DNA of 63,911 nt from a virus (lineage: Duplodnaviria > Caudoviricetes): positions 1 through 63,911 of IMG/VR virus record IMGVR_UViG_3300021437_000017, one strand, 5' to 3'. The notes below the pieces were generated by a model. It was not told the origin of the DNA, searched no databases, and saw only the letters and a list, made by a program, of their open reading frames with translations. Position numbers and translations under genes: made by a program. Position 1 is the stretch's first letter; the number at the start of each line of letters is the position of its first letter. Below, piece by piece: positions 8,943 through 18,751 of this stretch.

Positions 8943-10220
8943 ATGGCTACCAATGTCCCATATGGGTCAGCACTGGCCCGCAAAATATATGGTGCGGCCT
9001 TGTTTGCCGCGGTGCAGATTGAGCCTGGTTTCATGAACCTGCTCACCGGTCCCGCGCCCAAGCAGGCAGAAGCGGAGTCGAAGCTGAAAGGCCAGACTTC
9101 CGCCGAGTACCCGATCGTGCGCGTTACAGACCTTTCCAAAGGTGCTGGCGCAAGCGTATCGGTGGACTTGTTCAATAACCTTACGGGCAAACCGGTGATG
9201 GGCGACAAGCGCATCGTCGGACGCCTCATGTCCCTGACCTATTCGTCAATGGACGTGCAGATCAACCAGTATCGCGGTGGTGCTGACGCGGGTGGCAAGA
9301 TGACCCAACAGCGCACGGTCTGGAATTTGCGCGGCATAGCGATGGCCGGGCTTACCAACTGGTCAGGACGCCTTGAGGATCAATTGTGCCTCGTGCATCT
9401 GGCCGGAGCGCGTGGTACGCAAAGCACGTCGGACTGGGTTATCCCGTTGGCGTCGGACCCGGACTTCACTACCATCATGGTGAACACGGTCAACGCGCCG
9501 ACGAAAAATCGCCAGTTCTACGCGAACGATGCAACGCTGCCGTCAAACCTCGATACCTCCGACATCCTGACGCTGACCGACTTCGACCGGGTTGCCTCTG
9601 TCCTCAAAGACAGCCAGATCCCGCTGCAGTCAATCAAGATCAAGGGCGACGTGTATGCGTGGAATGACCCGTTGTGGTGCGCGTTTGTCACCAACCGGCA
9701 ATGGCTCTACCTGCAAACCCGCACTGGCGAGAAGTCGTGGCGCTCGTTCCTGCAAAACGCCTATGAGCGGCGTAGCGCTGGCATGAGACACCCGCTTTTC
9801 TACGGTGACGTGGGGATGTGGGCAGGCATTTTGATCCGTCCGATGAACCGTCTTGCGATTCGTTTCGCTGCTGGCGATACGGTGCATTACGACACGGGTG
9901 GCTCGAACGGCAAAACCTTCACCGATTCTACGGCGAGCGCTGCGGTTGCAATGGACCGCTGCATCATCGTGGGCGCGCAGGCGTTGCTCAAGTGCTACGG
10001 CCAGCATCAAGCCTCGGAGTATTACTATTCGTGGCATGAGGAATTGGTCGATCACCAGAACGCGGTGGAGACGAGCGTTGCCATGATGGGTGGAGTTGCC
10101 AAGACGCGCTTCCAAGTCTACGACGGCGTTGCAAACGTCGATGTTGACTATGGTGTTGCTGTTTTGGACTCCTATGCACCGGACCCGACGACTGCGGCTG
10201 GCAAAGCGCTGCTCGTCTAA
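8943..10220 (+). CDS. Major capsid protein (N4 gp56 / DUF4043-like)
   Basis: DLSKGAGASVSVDL, GGKMTQQRT, VHLAGARG, HPLFYGDVGMWAGILI, GAQAL; AGGAG RBS. Confidence 0.9.
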   Translation: MATNVPYGSALARKIYGAALFAAVQIEPGFMNLLTGPAPKQAEAESKLKGQTSAEYPIVRVTDLSKGAGASVSVDLFNNLTGKPVMGDKRIVGRLMSLTYSSMDVQINQYRGGADAGGKMTQQRTVWNLRGIAMAGLTNWSGRLEDQLCLVHLAGARGTQSTSDWVIPLASDPDFTTIMVNTVNAPTKNRQFYANDATLPSNLDTSDILTLTDFDRVASVLKDSQIPLQSIKIKGDVYAWNDPLWCAFVTNRQWLYLQTRTGEKSWRSFLQNAYERRSAGMRHPLFYGDVGMWAGILIRPMNRLAIRFAAGDTVHYDTGGSNGKTFTDSTASAAVAMDRCIIVGAQALLKCYGQHQASEYYYSWHEELVDHQNAVETSVAMMGGVAKTRFQVYDGVANVDVDYGVAVLDSYAPDPTTAAGKALLV

Positions 10221-10235
10221 CCAAGGAGAATCCAA

Positions 10236-10703
10236 ATGGCCAACTACTCAAGCGACAACTTCAGTCAGCCCGTTTTCAACGGGGCTTACGGCAACAAGAG
10301 CTTCGCTCACGCATCGTTCGCGGACATCGGTCTTATCAATGCCTCCGCTGGCTTTGCACTTGCCGACACTTTCGATATCGTCAAAATTCCTGCCGGGGCG
10401 AGAGTCCTGTCGGGGTTTGTCTATACCGGAACGGTAACACTAGCCACCAGCACGATTTCGGTCGGCGTGAAATACGCTGACGGTACTTCGACCGGTGGGA
10501 CAACCGGGACAGCCGCATTAAGCGGTGGGACTGCAATTCCGGTCACGACTGCCAAAACGCAGGTGGTGCTGAACTTTACCCCGTTCACGAACGATGTGGA
10601 CACCATCATCTACGGGGTCTGGTCCTCGCCCGGCGCGCTGGCTGGGACCAACGGAGCCCAACTCGATTTCGTGATCGACTACTCGGCATCCGGCAGTAAG
10701 TAA
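10236..10703 (+). CDS. Putative capsid decoration/cement protein
   Basis: Directly after MCP and before a terminator; DIVKIPAGARVL motif. Confidence 0.65.
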   Translation: MANYSSDNFSQPVFNGAYGNKSFAHASFADIGLINASAGFALADTFDIVKIPAGARVLSGFVYTGTVTLATSTISVGVKYADGTSTGGTTGTAALSGGTAIPVTTAKTQVVLNFTPFTNDVDTIIYGVWSSPGALAGTNGAQLDFVIDYSASGSK

Positions 10704-10722
10704 AAAGCAATTCGCTGCACAT

Positions 10723-10753
10723 TGCCGGGGGCTTAACCGCCTCCGGCATTTTT
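10723..10753 (+). terminator. Intrinsic terminator after capsid genes
   Basis: TGCCGGGGGC-TTAACC-GCCTCCGGCA followed by T5. Confidence 0.7.
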
Positions 10754-10769
10754 ACCAAGGAGCATAGCA

Positions 10770-11261
10770 ATGCGCATTGTGTATATTGGGAATAAAGACG
10801 CTAAATCAGACAATATCGCCGCGACGGGGCTGGTATGGAAGCGCGGCCAGATTCACGAAGTCGAAGATGAAGCGAAATACTCCAAGCTTCTCGAACATCC
10901 TCTCATTTGGAAAAACGCGGATGAGCAATACGAACTCATCCCAGAACTCAAGGCAGTCGCCGCGATGCCCGTCGCCAAGTTCGTCGCTACTGACGACCCC
11001 TTCATCGACTCCTTCATCCAGCAGGTCCCCGACGAAATCCTCAAGGCATTGCACGCCCGGACGCTTGTGCCAGTGTTCATGTCGGCGGAAGACGTTGCGG
11101 AATATGGCGAATGGAAGCTCGAAAAAGATACGCGCCCAGACCCTGCCCCGCGAGAAACGGGACCGGCCCCGCAAGAGAAGGAGACGCGACCCGGCCTTGA
11201 AGGCATCGATCGCCGCACCCGTGAATACAAGCAACTGGTGGCTGCAGGCAAGGCGGCATAA
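10770..11261 (+). CDS. Hypothetical phage protein (head completion region)
   Basis: AAGGAG RBS; YIGNKDAKSDNIAATGLVW...LLEHPLIW. Confidence 0.6.
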   Translation: MRIVYIGNKDAKSDNIAATGLVWKRGQIHEVEDEAKYSKLLEHPLIWKNADEQYELIPELKAVAAMPVAKFVATDDPFIDSFIQQVPDEILKALHARTLVPVFMSAEDVAEYGEWKLEKDTRPDPAPRETGPAPQEKETRPGLEGIDRRTREYKQLVAAGKAA

Positions 11262-11264
11262 GCC

Positions 11265-11597
11265 ATGAGCGTGACAATCCAAAGCGTGCTGGACCTCGCG
11301 CGCTTTGATCTGAACGACATTGACAAGTCGCGCAACTCTGACTCCGACATGCTGAAGTTCGCCAATGACGGGATCGCCAAGGCTTACGTCATGAGGCCAG
11401 ATTTACGGTTCGGTAATTATGCGACCGCTTATTCTGATTTGGCTGCGACCGATGTATTCCCGCTTGCCCTCGAATACCGACCCGGCATCGCCAACTATAT
11501 CGTTCTTCGATGCGAGACAGCGGACGATGCCTTTGCCAATGAGCAACGAGCCATTCAGGGCCTCAAATTGTTCATGGCCGACTTTGGAATGGGGTAG
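11265..11597 (+). CDS. Putative head-tail adaptor-like protein
   Basis: VLDLARFDLND...LKFANDG...RPDL pattern; position. Confidence 0.6.
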   Translation: MSVTIQSVLDLARFDLNDIDKSRNSDSDMLKFANDGIAKAYVMRPDLRFGNYATAYSDLAATDVFPLALEYRPGIANYIVLRCETADDAFANEQRAIQGLKLFMADFGMG

Positions 11598-11603
11598 ACG
11601 ATT

Positions 11604-12389
11604 ATGATGAAATGGCAAGATGTGGTTATTGACTCGCTATCCCGGCCCGTCTCCAATGTAACCATCTTGGTGAGGCCGACCGGTATAACGACGGCGACCT
11701 CCGTGCTTTATGCGGCCTCCACCGGCACGACGACGGCCTCTAATCCGATCACGGCGGACGCGAATGGGCGCTTCTCGTTCTACGCCGCCAATGGACGTTA
11801 CGATCTAGTCATTACTGGCGCTGGCATCAATACGACGACGCAGTCTGACGTGATGCTCGAAGACGTGCCGCTTTCCAATCTGTCAGAACTTTCCACTGCG
11901 GGCGATGCTCGCACCAATTTAGGACTCGGAAGCGCGGCCGTAGTATCAACTTCAACATTCCTTCAGACGGCAAATAATCTTTCTGAGTTGACCGCGTCTG
12001 CCGCCACTGTGCGCTCTAACATCGCCGTTGTGGGATCAACGGGGAGCCAGTCTATTCACGGCGGCAAGAGATTCGATGTCGTTCCGCTTGCCAGCACCGG
12101 CCAGATAGTCCCCGACTTCTCATTGTCAAACAACTGGTCATTAGCGATGACCGTCAATACGACGTTGGCAGCTGGAACGAACGCTGTGGTCGGTCAACAG
12201 GGGCAGGTTGTTATCTGGCAGAATTCGACCGCCAAGACCCTCTCCTATGACAGCGGATTCTACAAGTTCGCCGCGGGGGCCACGGCAACGCTCTCAACGG
12301 CCACTGTGACCGGCACGCGGGATGTGCTGCGTTACTACATCATGGATTCCACTTCCGCAGAGTGCGAGATGAGGAACCTCGTGTCATGA
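11604..12389 (+). CDS. Tail/head fibre-like protein
   Basis: NPITADANGRFSFYAANGRYDL head-binding-like N-terminus; NLSEL...ARTNLGLG fibre repeats. Confidence 0.65.
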   Translation: MMKWQDVVIDSLSRPVSNVTILVRPTGITTATSVLYAASTGTTTASNPITADANGRFSFYAANGRYDLVITGAGINTTTQSDVMLEDVPLSNLSELSTAGDARTNLGLGSAAVVSTSTFLQTANNLSELTASAATVRSNIAVVGSTGSQSIHGGKRFDVVPLASTGQIVPDFSLSNNWSLAMTVNTTLAAGTNAVVGQQGQVVIWQNSTAKTLSYDSGFYKFAAGATATLSTATVTGTRDVLRYYIMDSTSAECEMRNLVS

Positions 12390-13300
12390 CCATCATCGTC
12401 CAGGTTTCCTCAACCGCGACATTTGCCAATTTCAGCCCGGACATTCTGAATTGGGTATGCCCGGACGTGCCGATGGCCCCGCTGCCGTTGGTCAACAACG
12501 CGATACGGGATTCTGTAATCGATCTCTGCGAACGCGCCCTTATCTGGCGGCAGGAGTTGCAGCAGATATTGGTTCTCGGTCCGACCTCCACAACGACCAG
12601 CACATCCGCTTCGCAGTTTGCATCCTCTATTTCCGTTGCCGATACCACGAACTTCAATAATGGCGATACGCTCAAGGTCCTGCTGACCGATGGGACGTGG
12701 TGGCGCGGGCATGTCAACGGGACGCCGACCGGAGGCGTGATTACTCTCGATGGGCAACTCAATCAGGCTGTTGACTTGGGCGCTACCGTCACCAAGTTTG
12801 TTGATCTCTACCCGATTACGGTGCCGAACGGGACCGCAATCGCGAAAGGGCTGAACGCTTGGTTGAATGACAATCCGATCGATCCGATCAGTCAAGATGA
12901 CCTCGATAACGAGTTCAACAACACGTCATTCGGCTGGGTCGGCGTGAATTGGCGTACCGACGTAAATCTGCCCTCTCGCTGGTACATGCCGGATGACAAC
13001 ACGGTGGGGCTTGTCCTCGCGCCGTCGGCTGGTGGAGCATTGCGAATTCAGGCGGCATTGAAACCAACGCGCGCCTCGACGACATTCCCTGAGTGGATTT
13101 ACGAGCGCTACATCGAAACGATCGCACATGGTGCAAAAGCGCGTATTCAGATGATCCCGAAAAAACCATACTCCGATCTGAAAACCGGAGCGTGGCATCT
13201 CGATCAATTCAATGGCTTCATCGGTGAAGCGATGATAAGAACAGCCCGCGCGAATACTCGTGCGCCACTACGCAGTCACACGGTCTACGGCCTGCGATAA
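12386..13300 (+). CDS. Tail adaptor / tubular protein A-like, with internal Thr-rich insertion
   Basis: NAIRDSVIDLCERALIWRQ; ALKPTRAS...ETIAHGAKARIQMIP.KPYSD. Confidence 0.65.
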   Translation: MTIIVQVSSTATFANFSPDILNWVCPDVPMAPLPLVNNAIRDSVIDLCERALIWRQELQQILVLGPTSTTTSTSASQFASSISVADTTNFNNGDTLKVLLTDGTWWRGHVNGTPTGGVITLDGQLNQAVDLGATVTKFVDLYPITVPNGTAIAKGLNAWLNDNPIDPISQDDLDNEFNNTSFGWVGVNWRTDVNLPSRWYMPDDNTVGLVLAPSAGGALRIQAALKPTRASTTFPEWIYERYIETIAHGAKARIQMIPKKPYSDLKTGAWHLDQFNGFIGEAMIRTARANTRAPLRSHTVYGLR

Positions 13301-13312
13301 CGAAAGACATCT

Positions 13313-15112
13313 ATGGCAAACCCACTTCCAATTGTTTTCGTCGATAACTGTTACGGCACTATCGCCTCTGGCATTTCCGCATCGGCCACGAGCATCGCTC
13401 TGACTACCGGGCACGGCGTCAGGTTTCCAGCGATTGCAAGCGGCCAGGTTCTCTACGCGACGCTTCTCAATTCCAGCAATGTGCTTGAGCAGATTCATAT
13501 CACGGCACACACGGCGAGTTCCGACACCTTAACCGTAGTGCGTGGCGTCAACGGGACAACCGCAAAGGCGTGGTCGGCAGGCGACAGGATCGAATGCCGG
13601 CTGACGAGCGAGCATATGACAACGGTTTCCATCTCCGACCTTCGCTGGTTCGGGGTGACGATGAATACGTCTGACAATGCCACGCAGACCGCCAATACCA
13701 CGGCAATAAATGTCGCGCTGACAACCACCGGAAGACTGATCCGCATCCCCACTGGTACGGTCTATTACAACGGGAATCTTGGCGGTGTATCGAATATTCC
13801 AACCTGTTCCGGCCTTGTGGGAGAAGGCGAGTTGGTAAGTATTCTTCAGCCGAGCACGGCCGTTACAAGAGCGCTCGACTTTTACAATGGGACCTTCAGC
13901 CTGCGTGATTTCAAAATTCAAGGGAATGGAACAACCACGGAGGGTCTTTACCTAGGTTCTGCGGTAGGCTCTCCTTTTACGACCGTCGATATGTCGTGCG
14001 TACAGATCAGCGATTTCACTCTCAACACAACCCCAGGCACAACTGGCATAGGACTTCGCATTGACCAAGTGCTGAAGAGCACATTCAGAAAACTCACCGT
14101 CAACGATTGTGGAACATGCCTGAAAATTGACCACAGGTCTGACGGCACAAACTTCCCTACGACTTGCGTCTTTATAGGCGGTTCATTTATCAACGCCCTT
14201 TACATCAACGCGCTGATCAAGTCCGGCTATGGAGTCCAGTTTTACGGGACGGTGTTTGAGTCTGCGAAAAGCGAGGGTGTTGCAATGGTTCCTGATTCCG
14301 CCGGTACCGGTACACCAGCGGCAGCAGGCGATCAAGAGTGTCTTAACTACACCTTCTACCGGTGCGACTTCGAGGATAACTACACGCCGGGCAACGCCAG
14401 TAATTTCCAATTCGTCGCTAATGGCGGGGCGTCTACGGCGCTTATTCGAGATGTGGTGCTGGATGCGTGCATCTTTAATCCAAATAACAGTTCCGGGATT
14501 ATCACGAAGGCAATAGAATTCACCGGAACTGGAGGGACCAACTGCGATAGCTGGCTCGTCAACAATCCATACGTCAATAATGTGGCGAACATCATTGCGG
14601 TTACGGCCGGGACCGGTAAGGGGTCAATCACCAATCTCTACCCGACCTATCTGACCGGGGGTGTGCCTACTGAGTTGGTGCAGAATCTGTCCTCCTTCCT
14701 GATCACCGGATATGACGATCGGTGGCGCTCTTATGCGGTTACTGCGGACCCCAACGGAATCGTGGATGATACGCATAACCAAGCGGCGACCTTCGCCGTT
14801 GGGCCAACTGTCTCGGTTTATCGGTATCAAATAAATGGCAAGCGGGTCGTGGTCGAGTTGCAATGGTCCGGGACACTGCAAGCTATTACGCCGCCCTACA
14901 TCAAGGTTCGGTTGCCTAATTTAGTCACGCAGGGAAATTTGGCTTACACACCGGCTTTGGTGACTGACAACAATGTCTTGGGAGCCGGGATGGCCTATGG
15001 AGATGGGGTGGCTGGCGCGTCTTATATCGTGTTCAAGAAAGTCCCGAACGCAAACTTTACTTCTGGCTCTGTCGTTGGCGGAGCAGTAACTATCACCCTT
15101 GAGTTGGCGTAA
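13313..15112 (+). CDS. Tailspike / beta-helix receptor-binding protein
   Basis: N-terminal anchor (LTVVRGVNGTTAKAWSAGDRIECRLT), then SISDLRWFG...NTTAINVAL...IRIPTGTVY pectate-lyase-like start. Confidence 0.75.
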   Translation: MANPLPIVFVDNCYGTIASGISASATSIALTTGHGVRFPAIASGQVLYATLLNSSNVLEQIHITAHTASSDTLTVVRGVNGTTAKAWSAGDRIECRLTSEHMTTVSISDLRWFGVTMNTSDNATQTANTTAINVALTTTGRLIRIPTGTVYYNGNLGGVSNIPTCSGLVGEGELVSILQPSTAVTRALDFYNGTFSLRDFKIQGNGTTTEGLYLGSAVGSPFTTVDMSCVQISDFTLNTTPGTTGIGLRIDQVLKSTFRKLTVNDCGTCLKIDHRSDGTNFPTTCVFIGGSFINALYINALIKSGYGVQFYGTVFESAKSEGVAMVPDSAGTGTPAAAGDQECLNYTFYRCDFEDNYTPGNASNFQFVANGGASTALIRDVVLDACIFNPNNSSGIITKAIEFTGTGGTNCDSWLVNNPYVNNVANIIAVTAGTGKGSITNLYPTYLTGGVPTELVQNLSSFLITGYDDRWRSYAVTADPNGIVDDTHNQAATFAVGPTVSVYRYQINGKRVVVELQWSGTLQAITPPYIKVRLPNLVTQGNLAYTPALVTDNNVLGAGMAYGDGVAGASYIVFKKVPNANFTSGSVVGGAVTITLELA

Positions 15113-15288
15113 TGCTCTACGACAAAATAAAAAAAGAAGGCCAGAGATTTTACGACCAAGAGGTGTACCTGAAACCCATTCCGAATCCTATGAGTGCGGC
15201 AGTCAAACGAGCTTTTGGCCACCCGGTTCCACGACCAGTAATGATCGGATACCGCCGCGTCAAACTTGATTGGGTGAAACCGGCATGA
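15112..15288 (+). CDS. Hypothetical 58-aa protein (not in ORF track)
   Basis: TAATG coupling to upstream gene and ATGA coupling to downstream gene; MLYDKIKKEGQRFY... Confidence 0.5.
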   Translation: MLYDKIKKEGQRFYDQEVYLKPIPNPMSAAVKRAFGHPVPRPVMIGYRRVKLDWVKPA

Positions 15289-17438
15289 CGGGATTCAAAA
15301 TCGATCGGTTCGGTGGCGTAATTCCGCGGCTTGGCGGCCGCATCTTGCCCCCCAACGGAGCGCAGATAGCGCAGAACGTCAAATTGTTCTCGGGCGAATT
15401 GACCGCGTGGAAGCAGACTACGACGGTCAATGCGCCGTCAAAGGGCGGCAATCTTCAATCAATGTATCGGATGTACAGCACGGCGAGCGATACGTGGCTC
15501 GCGTGGCCGGGCGACGTGGATGTCGTCAAAGGGCCAATCGCCGGGGACACCAGTTTCAAGGTCTATTTCACGGGGGATACGACTACTGCGACTAATAGCG
15601 CAGCGGGACCTCGTAAAACAAATCTGGCGCTCGCCAAGACAGGTGGAACCGATTACCCGCATGACTGGCTTGAGATGGGGGTGCCGGCTCCGGGCAGCGC
15701 TCCTACCGTCATTGGGACGGGTGGCACTTCTACGAATAGCGTCACACGCACGTATCTCTACACCTATGTCACTGGGACGGATGCGCAAGGCGGCTTCTGG
15801 GGCGAAGAAGGACCGCCTAGTGCGCTCGGGACCGGCACCGGGAAAGAAGACGCGGGATGGGTGATTGCGCAACTATCAACCGGCACCACTGGCAAGTATG
15901 CTTGGGTCGGGGCGACAAAGCGAATCTACCGCGCCTTGACGGATAACGCCGGGAATACTAACTTCCAATTGGCGTTGACTGACGTGCCGATTGCGACCAC
16001 GAGCACGAGCGATACGACCGCCTCCGCTGCGCTGGGTGCGGTATGCCCGACCTTCATTAATGGCATAGTCAATTCAGAATGGGTGGGTCCGCCGTCCGAC
16101 CTGACAGGTCTGATTGCATTGCCCAATGGAATAATGGCCGGGTTCTCCGGCAACCAGATTTGCTTTTGCGAACCATTCTTTCCTCACGCATGGCCGATAC
16201 GTTATCGGCTCTCAACCAATTTCGGCATCGTGAGCTTGGGGCATTACGGACAAACTCTAATTGTCACTACCAAGGGCTTCCCCTACGCGGTAGTCGGTGC
16301 GCGACCGGACTCGATGTCAATGTCGATGATCGAGGAAAATCATCCGTGCGTATCGAAACGCGGCACGGTGAGTTTCCCGTGGGGCGTCATGTGGCCAACG
16401 CCGGACGGTCTGGCGCTCGCCGGAGTCGGTGGCGCGGTAAACGTGATCGAACCGTTTATGAAGCGGGACGAATGGCAAGCTCTTTGTTTTCCGTCAACGA
16501 TCATCGCGCGTCAATATCTGGACGTTTACTTTGCCTTTTTCAACGACGGCACATCGAATCTCAACTTCATTTTCGACAGGACAAATGAACAAGGGCCACT
16601 CGTCTTCGGAAATTTCGCGGCGACGGGCGCGTGGAATGATCCAGAGACGCTGAAACTCTATCTGCTCATCGGCGGCTCCATCCAGTTGTGGGATTCTGAC
16701 ACAATTAATCTTGCCGAGTTTGATTGGAAGAGCAAGGTGATTGTGACGCCAAAGCCGGTGAACTTCGGAGCGATTCAGGTCGAGGCGGATTACGGCGCCA
16801 TTCTTGACCCTGCACAATTTGCTACCCAAAGCGCGGCGGATACCGCAGCCAACGCCCTGATTCTTGGAACTGGAAACAGCGATACCGTAAATCTAACCGC
16901 TTGGGCGGCGACGAGTTCGTATGGAGTCGGGGCGTCTGTCAAGAGCGTGAACGGCGTCAGGATGGCAACCTGTATCGTTGGGGGCACTTCAGCGGCGGCG
17001 GAGCCTACTTGGCCGGATGTATTGGGTGGCACCGCAACGGACGCCACAGTCCAGTGGAAACAGGTATGGGAAATACAAGGGGTAACACGCGGTTGTCTTG
17101 ATGAGTTTGTGCTTGGCTATTACAACCAGATCAACACGGGAGATCCGTTTCAGATTGGCAGCAACCAAAACGGATGGGGCTTTCCGTTGGATGGCAGCCT
17201 GTTGATTGGCGGAGTTTACCCGACATTCAACAATCGCCATCTGTTTCTCCAGGTTTATGCAACGACGACTGGGACGGATACACAACTCGTCTATTCAAAA
17301 GGATTGACCAATCGCGCCGCCGTAAGACCTCCGCGTGGATTCAAAAGCGATACGTGGGAATTTCGTTTGGTCGGCGACATTCGCGTGAGATACTTCAAGG
17401 TGGCTGAGACGGGAACTGAACTCGGCCTGATTCAATGA
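15285..17438 (+). CDS. Tail nozzle / tubular protein B-like
   Basis: FGGVIPRL, GLIALPNGIMAGFSGNQICFCEPFFPHAWP, CVSKRG, PTPDGL, FDWKSK. Confidence 0.75.
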   Translation: MTGFKIDRFGGVIPRLGGRILPPNGAQIAQNVKLFSGELTAWKQTTTVNAPSKGGNLQSMYRMYSTASDTWLAWPGDVDVVKGPIAGDTSFKVYFTGDTTTATNSAAGPRKTNLALAKTGGTDYPHDWLEMGVPAPGSAPTVIGTGGTSTNSVTRTYLYTYVTGTDAQGGFWGEEGPPSALGTGTGKEDAGWVIAQLSTGTTGKYAWVGATKRIYRALTDNAGNTNFQLALTDVPIATTSTSDTTASAALGAVCPTFINGIVNSEWVGPPSDLTGLIALPNGIMAGFSGNQICFCEPFFPHAWPIRYRLSTNFGIVSLGHYGQTLIVTTKGFPYAVVGARPDSMSMSMIEENHPCVSKRGTVSFPWGVMWPTPDGLALAGVGGAVNVIEPFMKRDEWQALCFPSTIIARQYLDVYFAFFNDGTSNLNFIFDRTNEQGPLVFGNFAATGAWNDPETLKLYLLIGGSIQLWDSDTINLAEFDWKSKVIVTPKPVNFGAIQVEADYGAILDPAQFATQSAADTAANALILGTGNSDTVNLTAWAATSSYGVGASVKSVNGVRMATCIVGGTSAAAEPTWPDVLGGTATDATVQWKQVWEIQGVTRGCLDEFVLGYYNQINTGDPFQIGSNQNGWGFPLDGSLLIGGVYPTFNNRHLFLQVYATTTGTDTQLVYSKGLTNRAAVRPPRGFKSDTWEFRLVGDIRVRYFKVAETGTELGLIQ

Positions 17439-18361
17439 GCATCCAGCCGCAGATACCTGACCCCGCGGGCGTAAAGGACGAGCGGGCAGTCAGCATTTTG
17501 AGAACGATCAAATCGGTGATTGATGCGATCACAGGGCGCGCACCGAACAAGCCGCAGATAAAATCTCTTGCCGCCGACGCGAATACCTACGGCATCATCA
17601 ACAAGATCAACGAGATCATCAGTCAGTTGCAATTTGGTGACACGGTCCAGCCCTTGACTCCGGCATCAACCGCTGCATGGGCCGCCGCTTCCGCCGCCTC
17701 TCCTGTGGTGCATGGCCCAGTATCAGCAGTAGATGGGGATTACGCAGTCTTCGATGGCGGTCCGGCAAAGATTAGAGATGGCGGTCCGGTCAGGACGCAG
17801 GTCGTCGTTCAAATGGAGGACCGCGATGACGAACCGCAGATGGTAGGATTCCCGAAGGAGTCAAATCCTACGTTTGACACAATAACCGCCATAACATCTG
17901 TTACAACGCCGACCATTCAATTGCAGTCCGCTGGTTCCGCTCCCACCCAAAATGCACGAGCGGCACGCGGAACACTGGCAGCACCTTCGGCGCTCCAGAC
18001 CGGAGACCTTATTTGCACCGACAATTATTCAGGTTACGGATCTGCCGCTTACTCAACGCCCAGAGCACACGTGGATGTCAAGGCTGCGGAGAACTGGACG
18101 GACGCGGCGCAAGGGACAACTTGGTCTGTTAGCGTAACTCAGGTAGGAGGAACCGCAGCCAAATCAGAGGCGCTTAAAGTAAATGATAATGGAACCGTCA
18201 ACGCCCAATTCGGCGCGACAGCCGCTACGGTAAGGCCAACATCTCCGAATGGTTATTTTTCTTATGACACAAGTTCCGGGATAAACGCCAGCATTACATC
18301 TACCGGACTTGTTGGAAAGACCATCGTCGTCAAGGACGGAATTATTACGGCATTTTCGTAG
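17435..18361 (+). CDS. Tail-associated fibre-like protein
   Basis: ARGTLAAPSALQTGD...AAENWTDAAQGT fibre motif; C-terminal IVVKDGIIT. Confidence 0.6.
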   Translation: MSIQPQIPDPAGVKDERAVSILRTIKSVIDAITGRAPNKPQIKSLAADANTYGIINKINEIISQLQFGDTVQPLTPASTAAWAAASAASPVVHGPVSAVDGDYAVFDGGPAKIRDGGPVRTQVVVQMEDRDDEPQMVGFPKESNPTFDTITAITSVTTPTIQLQSAGSAPTQNARAARGTLAAPSALQTGDLICTDNYSGYGSAAYSTPRAHVDVKAAENWTDAAQGTTWSVSVTQVGGTAAKSEALKVNDNGTVNAQFGATAATVRPTSPNGYFSYDTSSGINASITSTGLVGKTIVVKDGIITAFS

Positions 18362-18369
18362 GATAAATC

Positions 18370-18741
18370 ATGCAAAACAGACCATTCAATCTCGGGCCGG
18401 TAGCGCTTACCACAACGCTCACTACCAATATCATGAATTGCAATGTGACCTCGCTGGCGGGGCCGGTCGGCTTTACACTGACGCAACCCTACATCATCCT
18501 GCGCCATATCCGCATCGTGAACAAGACCGCGAGCGCAGCCACGTTCTCTCTTTGGAAAGGGGCGACGGGGGGCAATGCTGCCGGGACCGAGATTGTCGGT
18601 ATAGGAAAAAGCGTGAATGCGAACGATTGCTACGATTGGTACGGACTCATGCGATTCGATGCGGCTGACTTTATGGTCGGCGGATCAGGAACCGCGACCG
18701 CGCTCAGTTTGCAGGCCGAGGGCGAGATAGGAATTTCCTAA
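18370..18741 (+). CDS. Putative virion protein
   Basis: Beta-rich 123 aa in tail module (ILRHIRIVNKTASAATFSL). Confidence 0.55.
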   Translation: MQNRPFNLGPVALTTTLTTNIMNCNVTSLAGPVGFTLTQPYIILRHIRIVNKTASAATFSLWKGATGGNAAGTEIVGIGKSVNANDCYDWYGLMRFDAADFMVGGSGTATALSLQAEGEIGIS

Positions 18742-18751
18742 AGGAATCAAA

